Positions 1 to 12,247 of a stretch of DNA of 64,000 bases are shown in pieces. Within the stretch, counting starts at the first letter, position 1, and every line of letters begins with the position of its first letter. The position numbers and the translations under genes were made by a program. Origin of the DNA: Marsupella aquatica (Eukaryota; Plantae; Marchantiophyta); the NCBI GenBank assembly GCA_973895155.1, contig OZ316896.1, positions 434,001 to 498,000 on the forward strand, given 5' to 3'. A model generated the notes under the pieces. It saw only the letters and a program-made list of their open reading frames with translations. It searched no databases and was not told the DNA's origin.

Positions 1-1679
1 GTATGGATATCCCTCGCAGAGATGGGTTGTCCATATGGTACGGACGCCCCTGTAGTGGAAAAATATTGGAAAAAATAAAATTTCTTGTTAAATTTTGATG
101 AAAAAAATCAATTTCTTTTTTTGTTTCTTTTCTTGCCGCAATTTGGCTGGCTCTCTGAGATGATATGGCAACTGATATCAGGGTCACTAATGGACTTCAC
201 TGATAATTGGTGAGATGACTTATCTCGCCATCACCTCTCTTGCACTCCCTCTCACCCTCCCACATCCTTGCTCTCCCCAACAACATAGCTTTCACAACAA
301 TAACAACATGCAAAATTGAAGGAGACTGTTTTTTACATTTTTTATTCATTTTGTTTGTTTTTGGCTTTTGTAGAAAAATGGTCCCAAAAATTGTTATTCC
401 ATCTAAGCCTCCAATGTTCTTCTTAAAAAACTTTTCAAAATTGTTCCTTTAATGAAGGCCAATAAGATCAAGGTTTCAACGGATTTTCTCCACAAGACCG
501 GGCTTGCTTGAAATGCTCATAATCTCTATTAGTCTGCTTTTGCCCTAATTCTTTTCTAGTATGGAGCCCACCTCTTTGCCCCAATTTGTTTCTTTTGTCC
601 CCACTTTTGTTCCATCTTTGGTATTTCTTGCCCAACTCTTACCCATGTACTCTGGCTACCCATTTGAGCCCTATCCCAAATTTTTGTGTTGCCTTGAACT
701 ACATTATTTGATGAAATAATTTCATGTACTAGTTTGAACAATATCTGCACAGTGACAAAACTTTTGACATGAAATGAGCAACAACAACACCCCCACAACA
801 TCCAGCTACCTAGTCATCTTACTTATGCTCAATAAGACTTTTGCTCAACATCATTCACTATCAACAATACAATGCCACGCACTAACACATTGGGCTAGTT
901 AAACATGCTAGTCAGGTGAATGCGGGGGCTCATCTGTGGTTTGCATGTCGTGAAGGGTGATGTTGCATAAGAAGATAAGTATGTGGTATGAATTTCCAAA
1001 TTCTTGGTTGGTTAATAACTGAGGTACTTGATGACCAATGTTGACCTGCAAATTTCTCAGTCGAGCACGGGAAGAGGTGCTTATATTCGATGTCTCATAT
1101 ACTATTTACCCATGGCATTGCTTTCTTTACCGTGCTCACCCCTTCCTCTACCTGTGGACAGATGGATGGACGGATGGAGACTCCTGTTCTTTCGTAAAGC
1201 CCTCACTATGCTTGGGAATGCAAGTACAGGAATACCGTCATGGTCCTAATGTCCCTGAGTTCATGATTTTTCTCTTTATAGTTTTCAAATCATTATTGGA
1301 GATACACAGGATTGGATGGCTCATCGTGAGAATATATATTGCTTTTATTAAATTAATATGTATAAGAACCTTTTAGGCCTATATATTGAGGTCCTGTTCC
1401 CAAAGCAGTATTTATGTGTATTTACCACTAGACAACCTACTGCTGCTGCGTTACCGTCTTTGTAGCACCACCACCACAACCGACAAGCTATATTATTATA
1501 AGTGCTCTGCTGCACCCATCGCAGCTCAAAAGCCAGCCACCACCCAGCCAGTCAACTGCAGCACAGTGCTGTAGAGTCTGGGAAGCTAGCGACAGCCCGG
1601 TTCTTTTTCGCATTCCAGGCCTATCAATCCAGGAGCAGAGTGCAGCAGCAGACCACATCGACAAGTGAACTCGCGATGT

Positions 1680-2090
1680 TGACTATTATTTATCAATGAT
1701 CTCCGTCGCACAACTTTCACCCTCCTTCGTAGGGTTGAGGCAGTTTGTTTTAGGGCATCTTGGCAAGTTCCGCTTCGTGACCCTCCTATGCGGTTTACTC
1801 CGGAGCTCTACCAGGCTTTTCAGTTCTCCCCTCAGTAGGGTGTTAGCCTTCTCGGTTCCTTTGTAGGTTCCTTTTTTGGCTCTTGCTTCTTAGTTGGCTT
1901 TTGCTTGGGGTCCCCTTGGCTTGTTTTTCTTGGGGCCCTTTCCCCTCTTTTCCTTCCCTTCATTGGGTGCTTTGCCTTTGGGATCATGTCTCTGTTAGGC
2001 GTTTTTTTGCCCCTGGGGCAGTGTGTTATACTGTATTGTAATTCCTGTCAGGAAGCAAGGTTACTAGTGTGTAATCTTTTCTACTAAGTG
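1680..2090 (+). mobile_element. probable LINE 3'-end remnant (ORF2 C-terminus plus T-rich 3' UTR)
   Basis: Shares diverged blocks (ctcctatg...ttttcag; ttcttgggg(c/t)ccc; ttgcctttggga(t/c)catgtctc) with an inverted copy at ~39725-40180. No RT motif is visible, so the LINE identity is inference and the boundaries are approximate. Confidence 0.35.
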
Positions 2091-4212
2091 CCACCATTTC
2101 CATAACCCTCTGCCCAAAAAATGTTCCTGGGAAGACAGGTATTACATATGATAATGATAGCTTGGGCTCGGGTTACTGTTTGATATGATAATGATAGCTT
2201 GGGCTGGGGTACTGTCTGAAACCTGTTCCACAAAGCTCAAAAAAAATTCCATGCAACCAGTCGGCATTTATTCACTTTCTGGTTTTATTCACTTTCTGTC
2301 GTCGTAGACTAGTAACCCAAGACCAAACCGTCATTACCCTATAAAACAAACAACTTCCCTTCCTCCCGACGGCCTTCCTCCTCTCTGGTTCCTCATCAGT
2401 TTAGCCTTTACACTTTCCCCTTTCCGTACAATTCGGACTCCTCCTGACCTCCTCCCTTTCTTGCAAGAATTATTCTTCATTATTTTCTTACCATTCTCTC
2501 ACCCGATCAGCAAAGCCCGACCACCGGCTCGAATCAAAAACCTCGTCCCTCCCTTTCCTTCCCGATTTCCAGCGTTACAGTCGCCGTCATTATTATTAGT
2601 ACACCACTGTAGGTCCTCGTTTTCTCTCTGCCACCTTCTTCGTGTTCTTTCCTCCTTTCTTGTGTTTTTGATTTGCTAGGAAAGTGCCGCAACGTTTTGC
2701 ATCAGCCCAGATGGCAATTTAAACCACTCGTCCTACAAATCCATAATCCAAGATCTGGATGCGAATCCCACTGAGCTAAACCTTCAAAAGGCAGGGTGAT
2801 TTAGGGTGCAGAGGTGGGAATGCTCGTAACCAGGTGAAGATGTTGCAACCTTGCGATGTTCCAACTCGGTACTCATAAATCGTGAAACGTCGCGACTCTC
2901 TGTCTTCTAATTTTGTCAATGGGACACAGATGGATGGACACCTGCCAGAGAAAATCCTCGCGATGTTTTGGGAAGCTTTTGGGGATGAATTAGCCGCACT
3001 GTTTGTCTGCCCCAAGTCTCGATCGTGACCAGAATTTTGACCAGAATTGTGACCCGTGGAGTGCAACATCGTTCATTCAGATTCAGCATTTGTTTTAATA
3101 CAATTCCGGAGCATTTTCACCAGAAGTTTGACCAAGGGTTTGTACCCCAGACATATAAAAAGAGTGGTTGGAGAGGGACTGCTTTTATTCTCTGTGAAAG
3201 TTACGCCATTTCAGTCCATAACTATTTGCTTGGGTACCCAATTTAATCATGATCTCTCGACTTCTGTATGCTTCATCACGATATTGTCAGCAGTAGCAAT
3301 CCGAACAAAACAGACTTCACATTTTGTCGAGGACTCGACTCTTATTGATCGGCCTTCCTCGCAAGATGATCGGATTTTACCCCTCGATTGCTATCGGCTA
3401 ACTACATTCTTTTGACCTCCAACGCAGCTGGTTGCCGTGGAACCTGTGTCAAATTCAATTCACCAAGAATCAAATATTATGCATGTTCCTGCATTGCCTC
3501 GCTCTACCAATATGATATCACAATAGTGTACTTAGCTATACAGTAAACGGCTCTCTTCGTCGAGGGTGTCACCATCTAGAGGGAATTTTCAGTCAGATAA
3601 TATTGCTGCCGTATGGAAAGTTGAGGCATACAAATATAGCAATGAACAATGCAACAACGCTTCTTGACTTCTAGACTTCAGCAGATAGCTAGAGGAGATC
3701 TCCAACATGAGTAAATTGATCGAATGTAACATTGTGAATTCGTCTGCCTGTCCAATGAAGTCCTCTGTCATGGATGTGTAAATGTATGCAAGTCAATACA
3801 GCTCACACTTGCTCTGTTCGAGTGAATATACTATTGAGCCGTAGTGCGTCAGTGCGAGAATCCTTCCGTGAATTCTTATGCATTTATACATGGACAGGTT
3901 TTTGGGTCATCCTGATCATTTCCTTGTAGGCTTCTCAAGTATGTATGTATGCAATTTCGAGGTTTTGCTGAACATAACACTAATAAGAAAAACACACGTA
4001 ACAAATGTTTGTTTTAAATAGTTGACCATAACACACGCTTTTATGATACGATTCTCTTCCCAAGGCCGAACGCCTAATGGGTGCAATTATCAAGAGTGAT
4101 CGAGGTTGACGACTACTAAGCTTGGACCACATCAATCCGGTGTCTCTGGTCCTGACAAACCTTCCCCTGGACTCGGGAACCTTCGGTTGAAATACAAGAA
4201 ATCACAGAAACC

Positions 4213-7200
4213 ATGTCTGCCGATGAAAATGAGTGGGAGACGGTAGATCGAAGCAAAAAAAACAAAAACAAAAACAACAGAGACGGGCCAAAGGAACAAG
4301 GAGGGCGAGACGGACGGAACACAAGGCTCCCACAAGGAGGGCGAGGAGTGCAAGACAGAGGGCAGGGAAGGAACGACTCCGTGCGACCGAGTCCTGGAAG
4401 GGGAAACTCCTCAAGAAACTCCCCAAGGCTCCGAGAAGATGGCCCGGGTCCAGTGGGGCAACACGGACAGACACGGGCATCGGACTTCACACAACCTCAA
4501 GGACGGGTACCGAATCCTGGAAGGGGACAAGGCTCAGAAACTAGGGATGCTCCCGAGTCCCCGAACACACAACATAACTTGCAGACCAATAGTCGAACCC
4601 CGGGCCCCTCAACAAATACAAGCTATTCAAACATGCTTAGTTCAAATCTGCCATCTGGAAGGACCACTCCCACATCCTCAGCCGCTACAACACCAAGGAA
4701 TAATAATATAGACCTTGCTGCTTCCTCCACATCCTCAGCCGCTGCAACTCCAAGGAGTTATAAGCACGTTGCTACTTCCTCCACATCCTCAGCCACTGCA
4801 ACACCAAGGAATGAAGACTTTGCTACTTCCTCCCAATCCTCAGCGGCTGTAACACCAAGGAATAAAGACGTTGCTACTTCCTCCACATACTCAGGGGCCG
4901 TAACACCAAGGAATAACGATGTTGCTACTTCCTCCACATACTCAGCCGCTGTAACACCATGGAATACAAACGTTGCTACTTCCTCCACGTCCTCGAACAT
5001 GCAATCTGGACGGACCACACCTGAGGGAGCAAACACTCCCCGCAGCACATATTATGGTAATGTAGGCCTTCCCCTGCAATCAACTTCAATTTCCTTGCTA
5101 GGAAATTGAAGTTATGAATGATTCCAATAATGTCTAGATCATGCAGTGTCCAATATCCAGGTCCGCTTTTCACCATCCACGCGAGTGTGGGACACTCCAA
5201 ACCCTCTCAGTGTCTCTCTCCTCATTTTTCAACACAAAGGAAATTTGTTGGGAAAACAAAAACCTCTCTCAACGTATCTTACATGTGACCGGCATTAAAT
5301 CTCCATAAACCTCCGGAAATAGTCTTAGGGGATGAACGGTTTAGTGTATGCTGCTCCTACCTGTCAGCTCGGCAGGCTTATTAGTCCTCCGGCTTCTTCG
5401 TGTTTCCGTGTAGACATTTGCAGGGGCCACATGCAAGACAGCTCTCAGGTAGGTGAAGTTTTGGAGCCATTTCGAAGAGAATTTTCAGACCGATGAAGTG
5501 TAGAATGAAGAATTATACATATCGCCTAATGAATGAATTACTCTGTTCCTAAATGCAAACCAACTGGAAAGTCTAGAGAAGGGCAAAAGGAGGCAGAATT
5601 GCATAATGACGCCTCACATGGATGATCAATGCTAAAAACACTTCCTTCCAATGTACCTACGGTCATGGGTGATTTCCCTTCGTGGGCGTGTGAAAATGGT
5701 GTAGCAAACTATGGTTTATTTTAAAGTTCTTGGTTGGCGCAGCTTGACATGGCATTATGCTTAATATCACGTGCTATGCAGAAATATTATAGTAAAGTTT
5801 TTGTCTACAAGCCAGTCTCTACATTACACTACATGTCTCGAGCACAAATTGTGCATGCCAAGAATTGACATCTTTCAACAAGGGTCCGCTACTTAGTTTT
5901 TCAGATTCCATTCGGCTGTCTCCATGGGTCTGGCTTACAACTCGATGAATTATGCTTAGGCTCGAGCATTATTACTCACAAGCAGGACGACGGCCTGATG
6001 GATCACAGCCAAAGTCTACAGATATTTGCAAAAGGGCAGCCCCTGAAATACCCATGACCCAAAATGCCCACACTCATTGTGCACACAGGCATCAGTGATG
6101 GAAAATACTGCTAGGAAGAACAAAGAACAAGCGCAACAGAAAATGTTGTAATAAGTGACTGCAAGATATCTCCTTGGTGCCCGTCGTCTCAGCTTTGCAC
6201 AATCAATTTCCTGTGCGCATTTCAACCATTCAAATAAAGGGATGGGGATAGTAAAATGGGTTAGATAGAATTTGGCTCACAATTTGAAAAGAGTCTCAGT
6301 GAGAACTTGCATTGAATGATCACAATTTGAAAAGAGTCTCAGTGAGAACTTGCATTGAATGAACAAGGCCAGCCAATTGTATGCGGATAGCATAGTAATT
6401 GGCTTTGTGGTGGGGATCCGAAAATGCCTCCAAATCTTTTTTCTGCACATACAATTCTGCACATTACACTGTACAATATTAAAGAGAGGGTATTTGCAAC
6501 ATTTCAGCTTTTGTGACCAAACCTCTTTGGTCACCGGCTTTGGTTATGTTATATGAGTGTAAGCTATGCTTTGGCAAGTTCAAAAGTTTTGTTCTACACA
6601 GGTCCTTGCAGGAGTCATTGATATGATTGTAAAGTCAAGACAATGATCATGTAGAACCACTTTCTCAAATTATTAACGAGGGATTGTTTCTTAGCAGCGG
6701 ATAAAAACATAGTTGCAAGTAATGTCGTACCAAATGAGAATAGACCCACCCCCGGAGCCATACACAACAATCAGTACGAAACTACCAGCTGGTTAGGATA
6801 TGTGAAGACTCTTTGTCAAAATGTGTTCCGAGTTAGCAGGGGAAACGATGCATCTTATGACCTACAGTGTAAGGAAATTTCAAATGACCTCAATATATAT
6901 CAAGGTTATTCTCGAGGAAGACAAGCCATCTTTCCAGCAATGCCCCCATCCCCCCCAGATCGAGGAGAAATTGTGGAGGTTTCTGCAAACCACTTTAAAA
7001 TGAATTTACCAAGCACTAGTGCAAACCCTCAAACCCAAGTTTACCTGTATGTTTCTCAACACTTAACCTCTTTTGTCTCATGGTAAGATATTGAATCCTT
7101 GTTTGAAGGACCTTAACGTTCTTAGGCATTGCACAATAGGCATCTGTGGCTAAAACTGCATGGCATGAAATACATGGAACAACCATAGGTAATTCAAGAC

Positions 7201-10200
7201 ATTAAAGTCCTAACAACGAAAATGTTAGGCTGGTGGGTATAAGTGAGTGACAACTTTTATATAGTCAAAATGGACTGACTGTTTGCATGTTTGGATACTT
7301 TGTATATGGTGATGAATTGTAAGGCAATCTAGGCATTTCAGCCTCGCCTACTAGTATACTTAAAAGTTAATTAAGAAAATCCAACTTAGTTGACTGTGAG
7401 TCATGAAGGTCCTCAAATCTTTGCAGGGTCCTGGACTTTGTATTTCCTGTTTGTATTATGTCATGTGTGGTTGGATTTTGTGTGAAACAAAGCTCAACCG
7501 TTGAGTTGAAGATCAGCTTTGACTTCCTTATTATGCACCATATACATGCAATTGTCATTTTATGACGTACTTTGGTTAGTCCTTCTCATTCCTTTCATAT
7601 CTTACCAAAAATGCAAGTCTGCTATACTGTAACAAATATGTCGATTTGCAAATTAATAACTCCTGGCAGTTATTCTGAGTCATGTAGGTCCAGACTTTTA
7701 CAACTGATGTGCCTTGGGTGGCATTTAATCACTCTGGCGGGTGGTAGTGCTAAGAAAATTAATATTTAGAAACAGGGAAAGCTCCAAAGTGGTGTAGATG
7801 CTTCACAGACTAGTCCACAGAAACAGAGAATGAAACAGCAGTTAGGTTTGATTATGTGCTAGTTAAAACATGTGAAATTATGAATGAGTACTCTATATTG
7901 AATCTATGGCTTAGTTTGAGGCAGTTTGCTGAAACTAGAACAACCCTACATGACGGATGTATTCGGACCTCAAGAGTTAAAATGATTGTTCCAATGGACA
8001 AGGTTGGGTGCGTATTTTTTGGTATCTTTGGGTCGTAGTTTCATGAACAAGGCAGACCAGACTATACTCAAGGTTTTGTTGCTGAATTCCTTCAATGTCA
8101 CAAACATCTGGACATAATTTAATGCAAGGTGAATGCATGGACTCCCCATTTTCCCTCCTTGAGCTCAACAGGTACTCAGTTTCGTGGATATGTGAGTCCC
8201 GAGGCCGTAAGTTAATGAAAGATTTGAAAAAAGAGTGGTGGGATGAGATGGTCAGAAAAGAGATTTCAAAAGAAATTTGCCTCATCTATGATGGGGGATC
8301 TTTGATGATTTCCCATGCACCCTTTGCATGGGAAGAGAGCCAAAGAAAAGAAGGGTTCACTCTTGGTAGTAACACAGAACAAAGTGTTGTAATCAAATTC
8401 AATCAGATTCTTGATTGGGAGATCTGCATAAAGTTTTTGAGTAATAACAGTGATGAGGGAAATGTCTTCCCAAAGGTACACACTCACAACAGAGCTAATT
8501 TCAATTTACAACTTTTAAGTACTTTGCCACTAAAGATTTCTAATTGACAATACTGCCACAATTTATGTTTTGTAATTATGAAAATGCCATAGTTTTGTAT
8601 AGATCATGGATAACAAGTTCACCAAGGGAGCTATATACAAAAAGTGTGGCATATTTGTAAATACAAATAAAACAATGACAGTATTGTAAATTCAAACATA
8701 GTTTGTGGCAAAGTACTTAAAATTGTTTCAATTTATATTTGCATGGATACTTCAATAGGAAATAATTTTCTATTATATATACATGTGTACTTTGATTTCA
8801 CTGGCACTGTCCATCTGTCAATCTACAATGGATTCTTGGATCTACCCTGGCTACATTCTTACCTGGTGACCCTTACAGTACTTATCTTGCTCTTCAATGG
8901 TTGGGTGTTTTTCTAACAGTGATCTCTGTCTTTAGGACCTGTTTTTTGCAAGTGTAAGTTGTCCTGAGTTTCTTGTCCTAGAGTACTATAGACTGGCCTG
9001 GCCCAAAGGGTGGTTCTTTCGATCTGAAAGTATGGCTCAGTCATGTGGGTTTCCAAATAGCTTGATATTGTGTAGTGAGTTGCCTTCTTGTTTTCCAGGA
9101 TGTCATCAGGGCCCTCAACATGGTCATGAAGGAATACTGTGTGAGAATGGGCTATTTTGAGTCAGGGGGGTTTTACTTTGACAAGTGCAATGGTAATGAA
9201 GTTCCGAACAAACTCCTGATCTTAAGGTCAGGCTATTTCCAGAGCGTCCGAGCACTGCAAGGAGGGTTGACATTGAATGTGGACGTCATGACCTCTGCAT
9301 TCTATTTACCGGGAAAGCCCCTACACGAAACATGGAATCTGATGCAACAGTGTGATCTTCCGGAAGCAAAGAAGAGGTCCTTTTATGGATGGACTGAAAA
9401 TAGTGAGTGGAACGAGGAGCAAGTGGGCATTGCTAATGAGCATTGGAAGAACTTACAAATTGTGTCTTCTCACAGAAGCGTCATTGATAACTTAGCTCAA
9501 AAAAGTAACTTACCCCAGAAAAGTCTCAACAATGACTCCAACCAAAAGAGGTTTACTATTTACCAATTGCAGGAGAGTCGTGCTGACAAAACTGAAGTGG
9601 AGGGATTGTACGACACAAAATTCTCGGGAAACTTGTGTGAATTCATTGAAAAAATGTACAAGCTCAAGAAAGGCGACCTGTTTGGGAACATGCCAGCAAT
9701 CAAATTGAGCAGGAAGCATGAGCATTACCTACCCTGGGGATGCTGCAAAACCACTTTTGATTCACGCTATAGCGGAAAGATTGAAGATTTCAGGGTGCTT
9801 AGCATGATGGAAAGACACCCCCAAAAACGATGTGATGACCTCCTAACATGGATGTCGGCCCGCCATGATCGGTACATACATACATGGTTTTCCCACCATT
9901 TTGGGGCGCTGGGTGGGGAAGGGAAGGGAAGGGAACCACACTTCTTTGATCCTAGAATAATAATCTTATAATCTTGATCTTAGTCTTATAATGCTTTTTG
10001 GAAAATTAATGGTGGGTCATGCAACATGTCATAATTATTATAATTGACTTGACATGGCCATGACGAGGGCCATGAACAAAACTTATGCAGGTCAGGCCAA
10101 AACTCAGATATGACCAAAGCAGAACACATGTTCAACATATTTGCGGAGCCAACAATGATGAAAATTCAAGCTCTGAAATTACCCAGACCCATCATGGAAG

Positions 10201-12247
10201 CAAGAGACAAAAAGAATCTGCCATGGTATAATGACCCGTATGGTGATGGTCCTATATTAAAACCCAATTTTAGGGGCCAGGACTTCAAACCCAACCCCAA
10301 CTTCGCTTTCAAGGCTGCCAATTGTCAGAGATTTCTTGAAGGTGGGACTGTTTGTCCATGGGGTGTCTTATCATTTGACTCAGAAAACAAACAGTGGCAA
10401 AAAGATTTCCTTCAGGCTCTACAGAACAAGGCAAACCAACTGGGCATTAATTGGGACCAAAACATATCATGCTGGCAGAACGCCCCTCCAGCTAATGCGC
10501 GGGTTTCAAACAGAGAAAGACAAACAATGGTAAAAAGGGAAGTTGCAATGCTCATGAAAAATCAAAGCTTGAATCTCATCATTTGCTTCATGAAACACAA
10601 AATGAATCCAGAGTACGCAACACTGAAAGCTGAGTGCGACATAGTTTACGGAGTCCCATCACAGGTTGTGTTAACACAACGAGGCAACCCCAACAGTCGA
10701 GAGTGGCAAAACAAGATCAACACAATGGTGGCAAATTTGCTGTTGAAGATCAATGTAAAGTGTGGTGGGGCGAACTTTCGGGTGAGCCCACAGTACTTAA
10801 AGGATGTCACGCCCAACCCAACTAAGAAAACCATTCTACTGGGAGCAGATGTCACCCATCCCAGTGGAATGTGCTCCATTGCTGCAGTTGTGGCAACCAC
10901 TGATTCCAGCTCTCTGAAGTATGCATGTCGGATCCATTCTCAAGACTCTGGGGAGGAGATTATCCAAGATTTGAAGACAATGGTGAGAGATCTGCTACAA
11001 GAGTACAAGTGTATTGAGGGAGACTGGCCCCAGCAGATCCTCTTTTTTCGCGATGGAGTGAGTGAGACCAAATATCTTGACATTCTTCGCTATGAGGGAG
11101 TGAAGATTCTGGAAGCTGCCAAGGAAGCTGCCAATTACAAGCCGGAGTTGATGATCATCCTGGCGGTGGGTCAAATGTTTTTGCACCCTATCTTCCTTCT
11201 TGCTACATGACTGGAAATCATCCTTATCATAATTCTTTTGTTTTCATATGGTACTCTTTCAAGTTTGTACTCACGAGGCACAATCTTGGATGGGATCTCC
11301 ATTCCAACAGTTTTATCTCGATGGGCCCAATATGCTCTTTGTGTAAAAACCAACTACACATGCACCTTGACTTGGATAACACACAGTTAGAGTCACGTAC
11401 AACGTGTAGTCAAAACTCAGTATATATTTCAGGAGATTATCACATGTGATCCTTACCTCATTACAATATATATATGCATAGTTTATAAAGAGAATTTTTA
11501 CAGTTAGTTAATACCTGGTTAAATAGCTACTTTAAAACATTTAATGGCCTGTTTTACTTTACAACAATATACATTCTCTGTTTTTTATAGTGTGACCTAC
11601 TCTTTGTAAAAATGTAGTCAAAATAGTATGAAAGTAACTATTTAGGATCACACATGGTTCCTATGGTTTTTTGGAGTTCCTACCCCAAGTTGGGGCCCCA
11701 TTTGAGCTCAAGAACTTGAACAGAAATCTCACCATTCTCATTGCCAGTTATTTCCCAATCTTTACAGATGACATGACAAACAATATAAACTGATTGGGTC
11801 ATGCATGGGAGGGATGGATTTGTGCATCATGCACAGGTAAAGCGTCATCACACACGGTTCTTTATACAAGACAAAGAAGGACATTGGATAAACATTAGGC
11901 AAGGAACTGTTGTAGACAAAGGGGTGACACACCCAAAAGACTATGACTTTTTCTTGTGCAGCCAAGCTCCTTTGAAAGGTACTAGTCATGCAACACACTA
12001 CTACGTGTTGCTAGATCAAATCAACTTGGGTCAGAAAAAGTTATACAATTTAATCTACTCCCTTTGCCACACTTACCAGCGATGTACCAGGAGTGTGTCC
12101 CTTGTCACCCCGGTATATTATTCCCATCTGGCTGCATTTCGGGCAAAGCATTACATGGAAAATTTTCTTCTGGAGCGCACAAATCGAGGTCGAAAATGTG
12201 AGCTCAATGCCCACCCAAATTTGCGGAACCGTTTGTGGTTCTTGTAG
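4213..12247 (+). CDS. AGO: Argonaute protein (N-extension, N/L1, PAZ, L2, MID, PIWI), 6 exons, ~1251 aa
   Basis: Phase-compatible GT-AG exons 4213-5056, 6698-7046, 8172-8475, 9099-9871, 10091-11165 and 11837-12247 total 3756 nt with no internal stop. Motifs: ANHFKM, YDGG, GYFQSVR...LTLNVD, MID Y-K-Q-K (EYATLK, PSQ, LKIN), GADVTHP, EEIIQDL, RDGVSE, KRHHTRFF, GTVVD, TYQRCTRSVS, YYSHLAAFRA. Confidence 0.95.
4670..4995 (+). repeat. coding tandem repeat, 51-bp / 17-aa unit (VATSSTxSAAVTPRNxD), ~6 copies, in AGO exon 1
   Basis: (g/t)ttgctacttcctcc recurs at 4768, 4819, 4870, 4921 and 4972 (51-nt period). The array is bracketed by two SGRTTP copies. Confidence 0.95.
8508..8725. mobile_element. Mutator-like fold-back MITE in AGO intron 3
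   Basis: 9-bp TSD tttcaattt at 8499-8507 and 8726-8734. Long imperfect TIRs (ttttaagtactttgccac ... gtggcaaagtacttaaaa). A related copy lies at ~48320-48540. Confidence 0.8.

Noticed and set aside
1-57. Possible CACTA right terminus (cccctgtagtg)
   Set aside because: Only a short match; any partner TIR and TSD would lie outside the window.
2930-3028. Short ORF MDGHLPEKILAMFW, faintly F-box-like, upstream of AGO
   Set aside because: Only ~32 codons with no continuing domain; could be a uORF or chance.
4116-5048. Antisense ORFs over AGO exon 1
   Set aside because: Shadows of the low-complexity and repeat coding strand.
11440-11660. Weak inverted repeat in AGO intron 5
   Set aside because: Arms are short and no TSD could be established.
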